DNA from: a virus
Lineage: Duplodnaviria; Heunggongvirae; Uroviricota; Caudoviricetes
Direction: 5' to 3' (one strand)
Virus record (IMG/VR): IMGVR_UViG_3300029466_000004
Span: 9,952-73,951 of that record
Length of the DNA: 64,000 nucleotides
Under the pieces are notes generated by a model. It saw nothing but the letters and a program-made list of their open reading frames with translations, was not told where the DNA came from and did no database searches. This document shows positions 27,585 through 36,154 of this stretch, one piece after another; within the stretch, counting starts at the first letter, position 1; every line of letters begins with the position of its first letter. The translations under genes were made by a program, and so were the position numbers.

Positions 27585-28114
27585 ACACCGGCAAGCAGTT
27601 TGAAGCGGACTTCAAAGCATCCGTTCCACCCGATGCGTGGTGCTACCGCCTGAAAGACAGTGCTGCCACATATTATGGCGGCAACGAGAACCTGTCATTC
27701 TCCATCGACAACATCTGTGACTTCCTTGTGTACCGTTACCCGATGAACCACCTGTTTGAACTGAAAACCATTGAAACGCCCTCTATCCCTCTGGAAAAGG
27801 TGTTCGGCAAGTACGACAAGGCAAAGTGCAAATACCGCAAGGAAAAGCACATCACAGACATGGTGGAAGCAATGGGGTACAGCGGTCAGACCGCTCATGT
27901 GATAGTCAATTACCGGGCAGTCAACCGCACCTTTGCAATCCCTGCCAGCAATGTTCTGGCGTTCCGATACAATGAAAGCCGCAAGAGCATCCCTTGGCAA
28001 TGGGCAGAGCAAGAGGGGATAGAGGTCAAAGCAAAAATGATGCGTGTCCATTGGCGGTATGACGTGGATGCGCTGTTAAAGAGATTGGAGAAAGAACATG
28101 GCAATGGTATTTAA
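27581..28114 (+). CDS. RecU-like Holliday-junction resolvase
   Basis: D..F...E.K pattern (DNICDFLVYRY...FELKTIE), size ~177 aa, recombination-module context. Confidence 0.4.
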   Translation: MNTGKQFEADFKASVPPDAWCYRLKDSAATYYGGNENLSFSIDNICDFLVYRYPMNHLFELKTIETPSIPLEKVFGKYDKAKCKYRKEKHITDMVEAMGYSGQTAHVIVNYRAVNRTFAIPASNVLAFRYNESRKSIPWQWAEQEGIEVKAKMMRVHWRYDVDALLKRLEKEHGNGI

Positions 28115-28502
28115 GTGCGACCGATGTGGAGAGATTTTTAATCGGAAAGTGCCTGGCATAAACGAGTGCTACGGAACAGCAAATTCGATTTTGTTCTTGG
28201 ATTGTACGGTGGAACGAAACCGCTTTGGACTGGGCGAAGAACCAGTTCAACTTTGTCCGTCCTGCATGAAAGAACTGAATGACTGGTTAGAGCCAAATAA
28301 AGAAATACTAGACAACGGAAACAAGAACGAATGGAACAACATGACTACTCAACCGCAATGTAACGTGGCTGTCGAAATAAAGCTTGAAAATGGAGACCTC
28401 GACATTGCGTACCGCAGATATAACGATAAACGCTGGTTTCAAAGTAGTGGCGAGTGGGTTTCGAGCGATGCCAAAATTGTTGCATGGCGGTACATCGACT
28501 GA
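28098..28502 (+). CDS. zinc-ribbon protein
   Basis: CDRCGE...CPSC. Confidence 0.35.
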   Translation: MAMVFKCDRCGEIFNRKVPGINECYGTANSILFLDCTVERNRFGLGEEPVQLCPSCMKELNDWLEPNKEILDNGNKNEWNNMTTQPQCNVAVEIKLENGDLDIAYRRYNDKRWFQSSGEWVSSDAKIVAWRYID

Positions 28503-28515
28503 AAGGAGAACAGAA

Positions 28516-28848
28516 GTGAGCAATCATCGTTTTATCTGTCTTGTGATTACAATTCTGGCACTGTCACTCACACTGTTATTTACATCCTGTGGTTCAACAT
28601 CTGCTGATGCCGAAACTAAAACTGAAACCGCTGACCACCCTTGCTACCATGTTACAGTTTATTCCCCGGAAATTGAAAAAGTAGGTTACGGTAGCGCACG
28701 GCATCCAAAGTACACCATTACGGTGGAAAGCTTTAACGAGCTGATTCCGATCTCTAGTGCAAGAGATTACAAACTACTCCAAATACCTCTGGGAGACGGT
28801 CGATTTGAGCTTGTATCCACTTCAATGGTTGAAATCGAATACTACTGA
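28516..28848 (+). CDS. predicted lipoprotein (signal peptide plus lipobox LFTSC)
   Basis: GTG start with AAAGGAG RBS; HRFICLVITILALSLTLLFTSCGS. Confidence 0.45.
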   Translation: MSNHRFICLVITILALSLTLLFTSCGSTSADAETKTETADHPCYHVTVYSPEIEKVGYGSARHPKYTITVESFNELIPISSARDYKLLQIPLGDGRFELVSTSMVEIEYY

Positions 28849-28955
28849 AAATGGTTGGGCAGTTCAAGAACGAGGACATGACCCCGACGAGTTTGCGGAT
28901 TACATCACTGCAAAGTCAGAACAGGTCGAAAAAGAGCTGAGAGAAAGGTGGAACT

Positions 28956-29838
28956 GATGGATAAGGAACAGCTTGCAATCGCACGGTTGCAGGACGCTGC
29001 AAAGCTTTCAGAGCATCGGTACAAGAAATCGTTGATGGTCACATACTCTGGCGGCAAGGATTCACAGGTGCTTGTGGCTCTGGCTGAACGTGCTGGAATC
29101 AACTTTGAGGTGGTCAACAGCCACACCACAGCAGATGCGCCGGAGACGGTCTATTTCATCCGTGAGCAGTTCAAGGAGATGGAAAAGCGTGGAATCAAAT
29201 GCTCCATCGCCATGCCACAATACAAGGACAAACCCGTGTCCATGTGGACGCTGATTCCGCAAAAGCTGATGCCGCCTACAAGACTTGTACGCTATTGCTG
29301 TGCCGTTCTCAAAGAAAATACTGGCCGCGATAGATTTATCGCTACCGGCGTTCGCTGGGCTGAATCAACAAACAGAAAGAAAAACCGTGGAACGATGGAG
29401 TTTAGCCATCGTGACAAGGAAAAGCGAATCATCCTCATGGGCGACAACGATGAAAAGCGGCAACTGTTCGAGACCTGCAACCTCAAGGGCAAGATGACTG
29501 TCAATCCTATTGTGGACTGGTCTGACGATGATGTGTGGGACTACACGCACAGCGAACACTTTCCCATCAATCCGCTTTACTGCGAAGGACAGAAGCGTGT
29601 TGGCTGCATCGGCTGCCCTATGGCTGGTAGGGGGGGCAGACAGCGTGAGTTTATGCGCTGGCCTTCTTATGAAAAAATGTACATCTCGGCGTTTGAAAGA
29701 ATGCTTGATGCCAGAAAAGCAAAAGGCTTGCCGTGCGACTGGCAAACTGGAATGGACGTTTTTCGCTGGTGGATGGAAGATGCCAACATCAGCGGTCAGT
29801 TGAGCATGGACGATTTGATGGAGGATAACAATGTTTGA
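28956..29838 (+). CDS. PAPS reductase-like PP-loop ATPase family protein
   Basis: VTYSGGKDSQVLVALA PP-loop; ~295 aa. Confidence 0.65.
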
Positions 29839-30013
29839 ATTTGTAACCCGCTGGCTGGTCTGCTTAGTCCTACTGGCGGTAGTAGTTCAGTCTGAACGGA
29901 CAATCAAGGGCATGGTAGACAACCTGTTTGAGGAACGGCAGGCAATGCTCGTCTGGGCGTTCATCAACGTGTGTCTGGTCGTTTGTACGGCAATTGTGAT
30001 GGGGTGGAAATGA
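29831..30013 (+). CDS. small membrane protein
   Basis: two hydrophobic helices. Confidence 0.3.
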   Translation: MFEFVTRWLVCLVLLAVVVQSERTIKGMVDNLFEERQAMLVWAFINVCLVVCTAIVMGWK

Positions 30014-30231
30014 TGGAAATTTGCGACATTGAGAGAAAAGAAATCAATTTTGGGTGTCTGGAGTATGGAGATGTGTTTGAGATTAACGGCGAAATTCTTG
30101 TGAAAGCTAACGTGAACCTTTCGGTAAGTAAATTGTCTGGCGGTGTCAGCTTAAAAAGCGGAGAGTTTTTGCAGATAGATGAGCTTTTCCCCGTCAAGAT
30201 GGTAAACGCTCATCTCCAGTTGGAGGGCTAA
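30010..30231 (+). CDS. hypothetical protein
   Basis: ATGA coupling. Confidence 0.3.
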   Translation: MMEICDIERKEINFGCLEYGDVFEINGEILVKANVNLSVSKLSGGVSLKSGEFLQIDELFPVKMVNAHLQLEG

Positions 30232-30408
30232 GAAAAATCATGGACAATGAACTTTACTGCCCGATGAAGTTAACCAGCAATCCGCTTGGTCGGTGCATCT
30301 GTGAGAAAGAAAAGTGTGCTTGGTGGCGGCAGTTGGATAGCTGCTGCTCTATCTGGCAGATTGCATGGAAGCTGGACAACATTGAAAAGAAGATGAAGAG
30401 GTGAGAGT

Positions 30409-30735
30409 GTGAAAAAGCGGATTTACCTTGTTCTTGAAACCGAAACGGATGAGGATGACAACAGCATTCGCAGCGATATTGAGCAAGAACTTGGAATGGC
30501 TACGCATTATTTCAAAACCTGCTCTTATAGTGAAATCGGGTTTGATGGCTTGTGGAGAAGCACATTCGAGCAGCCGCCTAAGAAAGAAGATGCAGATGAA
30601 AACGGCTATGTGATGGCGATTGCCGGGCCGATTACAAAGTCCGATTGCGTAGGCTATCCATACAAGTGGTTGTGGAATGTCGTTGCAAAGCATCCATACG
30701 CATACCCTGTTTGGAAGCGCATCAAGGAGGTCTGA
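30409..30735 (+). CDS. hypothetical acidic protein
   Basis: GTG start with GAGG RBS. Confidence 0.3.
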   Translation: MKKRIYLVLETETDEDDNSIRSDIEQELGMATHYFKTCSYSEIGFDGLWRSTFEQPPKKEDADENGYVMAIAGPITKSDCVGYPYKWLWNVVAKHPYAYPVWKRIKEV

Positions 30736-30738
30736 CAC

Positions 30739-31491
30739 ATGGCAACACCTCCGAAGCGTGGTCGTGGTAGACCGCCACTGACCGAAGCTGAAAAGAAAAA
30801 GCGTGAGAAGCGGGCGCAAAAGTCGAAAGAAGAAGCCGCTGCGAAGCGTGAGAAAGAGCGAGAGAAGAAAAAACAACAGATGCTTAACAAGCGGAAATCT
30901 ATCCGATCACAGGTGAGTAAAAAGGTGAAAGAACAACAGGAGTTAGCGATTACGAGGTCTAAGATGCTGAACACAGGCGATTTGCAGTCAAGAATCGGCG
31001 ATGAAGAAGACAAGAAGGTTATCGGCATGATTGCCGCAAAGTATTTTGGCGACCTTCCGAGCGTGGACATGAACAACCCCATTGAAGTGCAGCAACGTCT
31101 TGACTTCTTCTTTGACGCTTGCATCGAAGCCAGAATCTCCCCTGTGGTGGAATGGATTGCATTGGTTCTTGGCATCGAATGGCCTAGCCTGAGACAGATT
31201 ATGACAGGCAAACGCCGTGACGACAGCTTGCAGCAGAAGTACATCTTGAAGCTGATTCTGCAAATGCAGTCCATGTGGGCATACAACGGTATGTATGGTC
31301 AGGAGAACCCGGCAGAGTGGATTTTCCGAGCCAAGAACTACTTTGGTATGCGTGACAACGTGGAAGTCACCGTTGCGCCGCCTGAACAGCCGTTGGGCGA
31401 TGCCCAGAGCGCAGAACAACTCGCCCAGAAGTACCAGACGGCTTTGCCGAAAGGGATTGACGTAGAGTACAGAGAGGTAGCGGAAAAATGA
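30739..31491 (+). CDS. DNA-binding protein with N-terminal GRGRPP (AT-hook-like) basic region
   Basis: MATPPKRGRGRPPLTEAEKKKREK..., Lys/Glu-rich coiled coil, C-terminal globular domain. Confidence 0.35.
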   Translation: MATPPKRGRGRPPLTEAEKKKREKRAQKSKEEAAAKREKEREKKKQQMLNKRKSIRSQVSKKVKEQQELAITRSKMLNTGDLQSRIGDEEDKKVIGMIAAKYFGDLPSVDMNNPIEVQQRLDFFFDACIEARISPVVEWIALVLGIEWPSLRQIMTGKRRDDSLQQKYILKLILQMQSMWAYNGMYGQENPAEWIFRAKNYFGMRDNVEVTVAPPEQPLGDAQSAEQLAQKYQTALPKGIDVEYREVAEK

Positions 31492-31571
31492 AAGAACTCA
31501 TAACTTTCTTCTTATTATCTTGGGCGGTTGCTTTTTTGATTATCAACAATTTTAACGATAAGGAGTAAAAC

Positions 31572-32435
31572 ATGAAAAAGGTAGCAACTATTATTTCTTC
31601 TGTGGTAGCAGCGTTTTTTGTTGCAGTGGTTCTTTTGCTGTGTTTGGAGAGAGTGCCTGTTGGGTATGTCGGCGTTGTTTATTCCGCACGAGGTGTTGAG
31701 CAGAACACTTTGTCGCAGGGCTGGCACTTCCTCTCGCCGATGAAACACGTTAGCAAGTTCCCTATCAGCCAGCAGCAGCTAATTTTTTCAGATGACCCAG
31801 CAGATTATAACGCAAAAGAACACGCAGATTGGCACATTGATGCTCCTGCAAGCGGTGGAATGGTTGGAGTAAACCTTACCGTAAATTATAACTTCATTCC
31901 AGACCGTGTTGTTGAACTTTACAGCCGTTTTAATGGGATGGATGGCGAAACGCTTGTCGAAAGCCGTATTCAGAACAGCATTATCGCCTATGTCAAGGAA
32001 GTTACGCCACAGTTTTCTGTGATGGACATTTACTCCGAAAAGAAAACGGAAGTAAACAACGCAATCACAAACTATTTGAATGAAAAGCTTACCAATGAAT
32101 ACGGAATCAACGTTTCAAGTGCCCTCGTGATTGACGTAGAGTTGGATGACACCCTCACCGAAAAGATTAGAGCGAAAGAACAAGCAAAGCAGGACGCAGA
32201 GATTGCTGAACTGAACAAGCAGACCGCTCTTGCACAGGCTGAAACAGACAAGGTAAAGGCTCAAGCGGAAGCCGATGTGAAAGTGATCGAAGCTCAAGCA
32301 GAAGCCGAATCGAACCGTATTGTGTCTGAATCCATCACACCTGAACTGATTCAGATGAAAGAAGCTGAAGCCAGACTGAAGCACGGATGGGTCACTGTCA
32401 ATGGAGCAGATACAGTCGTAACAAAAGCTGATTGA
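31572..32435 (+). CDS. SPFH/band-7 (stomatin/prohibitin-like) membrane protein
   Basis: N-terminal TM; PVGYVGVVYSARGVEQNTLSQGWHFLSPM band-7 core; C-terminal Ala/Glu/Gln coiled coil. Confidence 0.65.
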   Translation: MKKVATIISSVVAAFFVAVVLLLCLERVPVGYVGVVYSARGVEQNTLSQGWHFLSPMKHVSKFPISQQQLIFSDDPADYNAKEHADWHIDAPASGGMVGVNLTVNYNFIPDRVVELYSRFNGMDGETLVESRIQNSIIAYVKEVTPQFSVMDIYSEKKTEVNNAITNYLNEKLTNEYGINVSSALVIDVELDDTLTEKIRAKEQAKQDAEIAELNKQTALAQAETDKVKAQAEADVKVIEAQAEAESNRIVSESITPELIQMKEAEARLKHGWVTVNGADTVVTKAD

Positions 32436-32516
32436 TGGGGAACATATTCCGTGCAAAATCAAAGGCTGAAAAGCTGACAAAGAAATTCTGTTTAAGGATG
32501 TTGGGGAGAACGAACA

Positions 32517-32717
32517 ATGAAAATCATTACATATCCTGACGGTCGTTCGGAACAGGTTGGAACGCCATTAGAACTAGCGCAGTTCATGTTTGGCTTGATT
32601 GAATATCAAACTGTGCAGAAGTTCAAGAATCTGATTGATTCTATTCCACAGCAGATTGAAAGACCAAATAAAAAACGCGCACCTAAAAAGAAAGCAGGAG
32701 AATCTAATGCAAACTGA
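32517..32717 (+). CDS. hypothetical small protein
   Basis: ORF with RBS. Confidence 0.3.
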   Translation: MKIITYPDGRSEQVGTPLELAQFMFGLIEYQTVQKFKNLIDSIPQQIERPNKKRAPKKKAGESNAN

Positions 32718-32907
32718 CAGAGGAATCTACCACAAGAGAGTATGCGACCGCTGCGGAGCGGTTCTTGGCAGCAGGATGATGAACCCTGACGAATACTTCA
32801 AGGACTGGGCGTGGCGCAGGGACACAGGCGACTTGTGTCCGGAGTGCTATGCAGAGTATAAGCGAGTGATCGGGCGGTTCAATGCCAACAGAAGGAGGAA
32901 AAAATGA
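32707..32907 (+). CDS. zinc-ribbon mini-protein (CDRCG...CPEC), paralog 1
   Basis: tandem paralog set with 4-nt overlaps. Confidence 0.35.
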   Translation: MQTDRGIYHKRVCDRCGAVLGSRMMNPDEYFKDWAWRRDTGDLCPECYAEYKRVIGRFNANRRRKK

Positions 32908-33110
32908 GAATTAACGGCATGATGTTTGTTTGCAACAGATGTGGGGAAAAGGTGTTCGCAGAACGGTATAACGATGGCGAGTTCGATTGGAAAGCGTTAC
33001 AAGGTTGGGAAACCGGCTTGGGAAGCTTTTTCAACGTTGGAGAACTGTGCCCTGAATGCCGTGAAGAATACGGAAAACTGATGCAAAAATTTATGGGGGA
33101 TAAGAAGTGA
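32904..33110 (+). CDS. zinc-ribbon mini-protein (CNRCG...CPEC), paralog 2
   Basis: paralog of the upstream ORF. Confidence 0.35.
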   Translation: MRINGMMFVCNRCGEKVFAERYNDGEFDWKALQGWETGLGSFFNVGELCPECREEYGKLMQKFMGDKK

Positions 33111-33331
33111 TGCTTTACGGAGTTTATCGGTGCAAACAGTGTGGCGCAGTCCTTAACGCTGAAAACGAGCTTGACGGTATTTTTGAAGATGGTCTGAAAT
33201 TTGCTTTCATAAATGAGAACCCGATCATCTCCATTTCACCCTACAAGAGTTCTGGTAAAGCTATTGCTCACCGATGCAATGATTCGACCATAGGAATGTG
33301 TGAGCTGATAGGCTGGAGGAAAATCAAATGA
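33107..33331 (+). CDS. zinc-ribbon mini-protein (CKQCG...), paralog 3
   Basis: tandem array member. Confidence 0.3.
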   Translation: MMLYGVYRCKQCGAVLNAENELDGIFEDGLKFAFINENPIISISPYKSSGKAIAHRCNDSTIGMCELIGWRKIK

Positions 33332-33570
33332 ACTTCTATTGCACCACCGAACATTGCTCTTGCATGGGCATCAAACAGTTCTCTGCTGGCAAAGTCATCC
33401 GATGCACGGCAGAATCCTGCAAGAACAAATCTGAGCCGTTCTGTGGCTCTTGCAAATGGTACGCAGAGTCGGAGGGCGTGTGCGTGAACGACCAGTCAGA
33501 ACACGTTGCAGACTTCGTGTGGAACGAACGCGGATGCAAGGAATGGGAGAAGAAAGATGAGCGAAAGTAA
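33328..33570 (+). CDS. Cys-rich mini-protein (CGSCKW...CKEWEKK), family 2 paralog 1
   Basis: shares its C-terminal motif with the next ORF. Confidence 0.3.
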   Translation: MNFYCTTEHCSCMGIKQFSAGKVIRCTAESCKNKSEPFCGSCKWYAESEGVCVNDQSEHVADFVWNERGCKEWEKKDERK

Positions 33571-33772
33571 TGTAATCAGGCTGGGCAATGGCATTCTACT
33601 GGACAGCAAAGGGAAACTTTTATGCCAAACTGTGGACAAGTCCTGCTCAAACTGTAAATGGCACGACAGATTCTCGTGGGTCTGTTACAACGGTCTGTCT
33701 GAGTGCCGGGCTGATTTTACAGACCCAGAAGATGTGTGCAAAGAATGGGAGAAAAGAGAAAATGACAGCTAA
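33557..33772 (+). CDS. Cys-rich mini-protein (CSNCKW...CKEWEKR), family 2 paralog 2
   Basis: paralog of the upstream ORF. Confidence 0.3.
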   Translation: MSESNVIRLGNGILLDSKGKLLCQTVDKSCSNCKWHDRFSWVCYNGLSECRADFTDPEDVCKEWEKRENDS

Positions 33773-33998
33773 AGAAACATTTTCCATATTTGTTTTGGGG
33801 TCGCTCATAACATTCTTTGTTGGAGCCTTTGTCACGATTTTTGAAATGTTTCTTTGGGATATGACCGATGACATTTCGCTTGGATGGTCGTGGAAGCATC
33901 CAGAATATTCAACAATTATTCATGCAATGATAGTGGCAGCTATTAACGCTACTGTCTTTGGCGGTGGTCTTTTAGCTGTATGGCTGGCGAAAGGATGA
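33762..33998 (+). CDS. small membrane protein
   Basis: two TM helices. Confidence 0.3.
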   Translation: MTAKETFSIFVLGSLITFFVGAFVTIFEMFLWDMTDDISLGWSWKHPEYSTIIHAMIVAAINATVFGGGLLAVWLAKG

Positions 33999-34003
33999 AA
34001 AAA

Positions 34004-34369
34004 ATGAGTTATGATATTTCACTGTGCGACCCTGTAACGCATAAACCGCTCAAAGCGGATAGTACGCATTTTATCGCTGGTGGTATGCGCGCTATGGGCG
34101 GAACGAAAGAACTATGGCTCAACGTCACCTATAATTACGGCCACTTCTATTATCGACCGGAAGTGTTTGGGGATGGCGGCATCCGTTCCATTTACGGCAA
34201 AACAGGCGCAGAGAGCATCCCGATGCTGGAAAAGGCTATTTCTGCATTAGGTGACGATGTAGACGATAGCGACTACTGGCACGCAACAGAAGGCAATGCG
34301 AAACGTGCGCTGTACGGACTGCTGGCGTTTGCAAAGATGCGCCCGGATGGCGTATGGGACGGAGATTAA
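34004..34369 (+). CDS. hypothetical protein
   Basis: ORF with RBS. Confidence 0.3.
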   Translation: MSYDISLCDPVTHKPLKADSTHFIAGGMRAMGGTKELWLNVTYNYGHFYYRPEVFGDGGIRSIYGKTGAESIPMLEKAISALGDDVDDSDYWHATEGNAKRALYGLLAFAKMRPDGVWDGD

Positions 34370-34382
34370 AGAAGAAAGGACA

Positions 34383-34628
34383 ATGCTTGATATTGCATTA
34401 AAAGCAGTTCAAATCATAGCTTGCGCTGTTATTGTGATTCTCTTGATTTTTCACAATGCACTAGAAAAGCAAACGTCTATTTGCGACCGGTGCAAGAACC
34501 TATATTGTAAGCGTTCCGCAAGAGATAGAGAATATTACAGATACGTTTGTAAAGTGCCGTTCAAAAAGCCGTTTGACATTCCACCTGAATATTGCGCAAA
34601 TTTTGAAGAAAGGAAAGACAATGGCTAA
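34383..34628 (+). CDS. small membrane-anchored Cys-containing protein
   Basis: N-terminal TM then CDRCKNLYCK. Confidence 0.3.
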   Translation: MLDIALKAVQIIACAVIVILLIFHNALEKQTSICDRCKNLYCKRSARDREYYRYVCKVPFKKPFDIPPEYCANFEERKDNG

Positions 34629-34854
34629 CACACTTTGGCATCCAGCAAGCGAACCGCCACGAGAGCGGGCGCAGCCTTTGTTGCTTGCGACTAAGAGAAC
34701 GTGGCGTGATAAAAATGGAAATTTGTTGCAAGGAATCTCGCCAACAGCGTACTTTCTTGGCTGTTACGCAGACGGTCAGTTCTGGGATGAGATAGGCGAG
34801 AGACTGCCAGAAGGTGTGACTGTGACGCATTGGATGACGTTTCCGATGGCATGA
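34621..34854 (+). CDS. DUF551-family protein
   Basis: ...VTHWMTFPMA C-terminus. Confidence 0.4.
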   Translation: MANTLWHPASEPPRERAQPLLLATKRTWRDKNGNLLQGISPTAYFLGCYADGQFWDEIGERLPEGVTVTHWMTFPMA

Positions 34855-34864
34855 GGTGATGTAG

Positions 34865-35113
34865 ATGGATAAGTATGCATGGCATTCTGTGCGAGATGAA
34901 TTGCCGCCGTCAGATGCTCCGATGTTGATTCTGATGGTAAAACATATCTACCAAAACGAAAATGACTATGAGCGATACATGAGACTTGGATTTTATGCGC
35001 CAGCATTCGGTAAAAAGGCGTGGCGGGATGAATTCAATGACCCACTAGAACACGACGATTGGTATGTTGTGACGCACTGGACGTATGCGCCAGAAGAGCC
35101 AAAGGAGGCTTGA
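34865..35113 (+). CDS. DUF551-family protein
   Basis: ...VTHWTYAPEEPKEA C-terminus. Confidence 0.4.
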   Translation: MDKYAWHSVRDELPPSDAPMLILMVKHIYQNENDYERYMRLGFYAPAFGKKAWRDEFNDPLEHDDWYVVTHWTYAPEEPKEA

Positions 35114-35115
35114 AT

Positions 35116-35292
35116 ATGACGAACAAGAAGTTTGGCATCATAATTATGGACTTGAGCCTTTTTGACTTCGGGCCGAAACCGCCCTGTGGGTACATCAAGG
35201 CGAAGCATATTCGCCCAGCATACGGCAAAGGCGAAAAGCTTGTAAAGGTGCATAAGCGAATCACGAGAACGAAAGAGGGATTTAGAAAATGA
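35116..35292 (+). CDS. small basic protein
   Basis: ORF with AAGGAGG RBS. Confidence 0.3.
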   Translation: MTNKKFGIIIMDLSLFDFGPKPPCGYIKAKHIRPAYGKGEKLVKVHKRITRTKEGFRK

Positions 35293-35471
35293 CAGAACTC
35301 AAGAGATGTCCGTTCTGCGGTGCGGAACCGCCGACTGTAAAAGTGCTTCATCCACTTGACATTAACATGGCTAATTGGGTAGTCTGCGGAAAATGCGGGG
35401 TGAGCACTTCTGTAACATTTGGCAAGGAAAAAGCCATCGAAGCATGGAACAAACGCTACAAAGAGGATTAA
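35289..35471 (+). CDS. Lar-family restriction alleviation protein
   Basis: LKRCPFCGAEPPTV...WVVCGKCG...AIEAWNKR matches Lar-family architecture. Confidence 0.55.
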   Translation: MTELKRCPFCGAEPPTVKVLHPLDINMANWVVCGKCGVSTSVTFGKEKAIEAWNKRYKED

Positions 35472-35473
35472 GT

Positions 35474-36154
35474 ATGGAGCAGGAACACAAGCCGAGAATA
35501 TCAATGATTCTTCTGTTGGAACACGTCCATGCAATGGACGAGCTGACAGACGAGGAATTTGGAGCATTCATCCGCAACTACGCACAGTATGTTGAGACTG
35601 GACTTGAGCCAGCATACGACAACGATCGTGCTATGCGGATGCTCTGGAAAGTCGTTAAGGCGTTTGATGATATGAACGTGCAGAAGATGGAAGAACGTGA
35701 TAAGCGTAGACGAGAAGCAAACAAGAAAAATATAAACAAGCGTTGGAACGATAAAAAATACGAAAGCATACCAATGGTATCACAGGATACGAATGGTATA
35801 AATGGTATACCAAACATACCAACTGATACGAATGGTAGCTTATCTGTATCTGATTCTGTATCTGAATCTGATAAAAAAGAAAAATGTGAAAAGAAAAATA
35901 CCAACGAAGTCAAACGCTTCAAAGCTCCGACTATCGAGCAAGCCAAAGAATACTTTGCTGACAAGGGCTACATGGAATCGGAAGCAGCGCGGTTTGTTGA
36001 CCACTTCACGGCAAATGGCTGGAAGGTCGGCAAGTCACCCATGAAGGACTGGAAAGCTGCTGCACGGAACTGGATGCGTAACGTGAAGGACTGGAACGGT
36101 GGCTATCAGCAGACGATGGCTGAATTGCCTGACGAGGGAGACTTTCTGCGGTGA
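35474..36154 (+). CDS. replication initiation / helicase-loader-like protein
   Basis: immediately upstream of and overlapping dnaB; C-terminal W-rich motif. Confidence 0.4.
   Translation: MEQEHKPRISMILLLEHVHAMDELTDEEFGAFIRNYAQYVETGLEPAYDNDRAMRMLWKVVKAFDDMNVQKMEERDKRRREANKKNINKRWNDKKYESIPMVSQDTNGINGIPNIPTDTNGSLSVSDSVSESDKKEKCEKKNTNEVKRFKAPTIEQAKEYFADKGYMESEAARFVDHFTANGWKVGKSPMKDWKAAARNWMRNVKDWNGGYQQTMAELPDEGDFLR

Noticed and set aside
30739-31491. GRGRPP-motif protein considered as a P27-type small terminase
   Set aside because: It lies 17 kb upstream of terL in the early operon and is twice the usual TerS size; kept as a generic DNA-binding protein.
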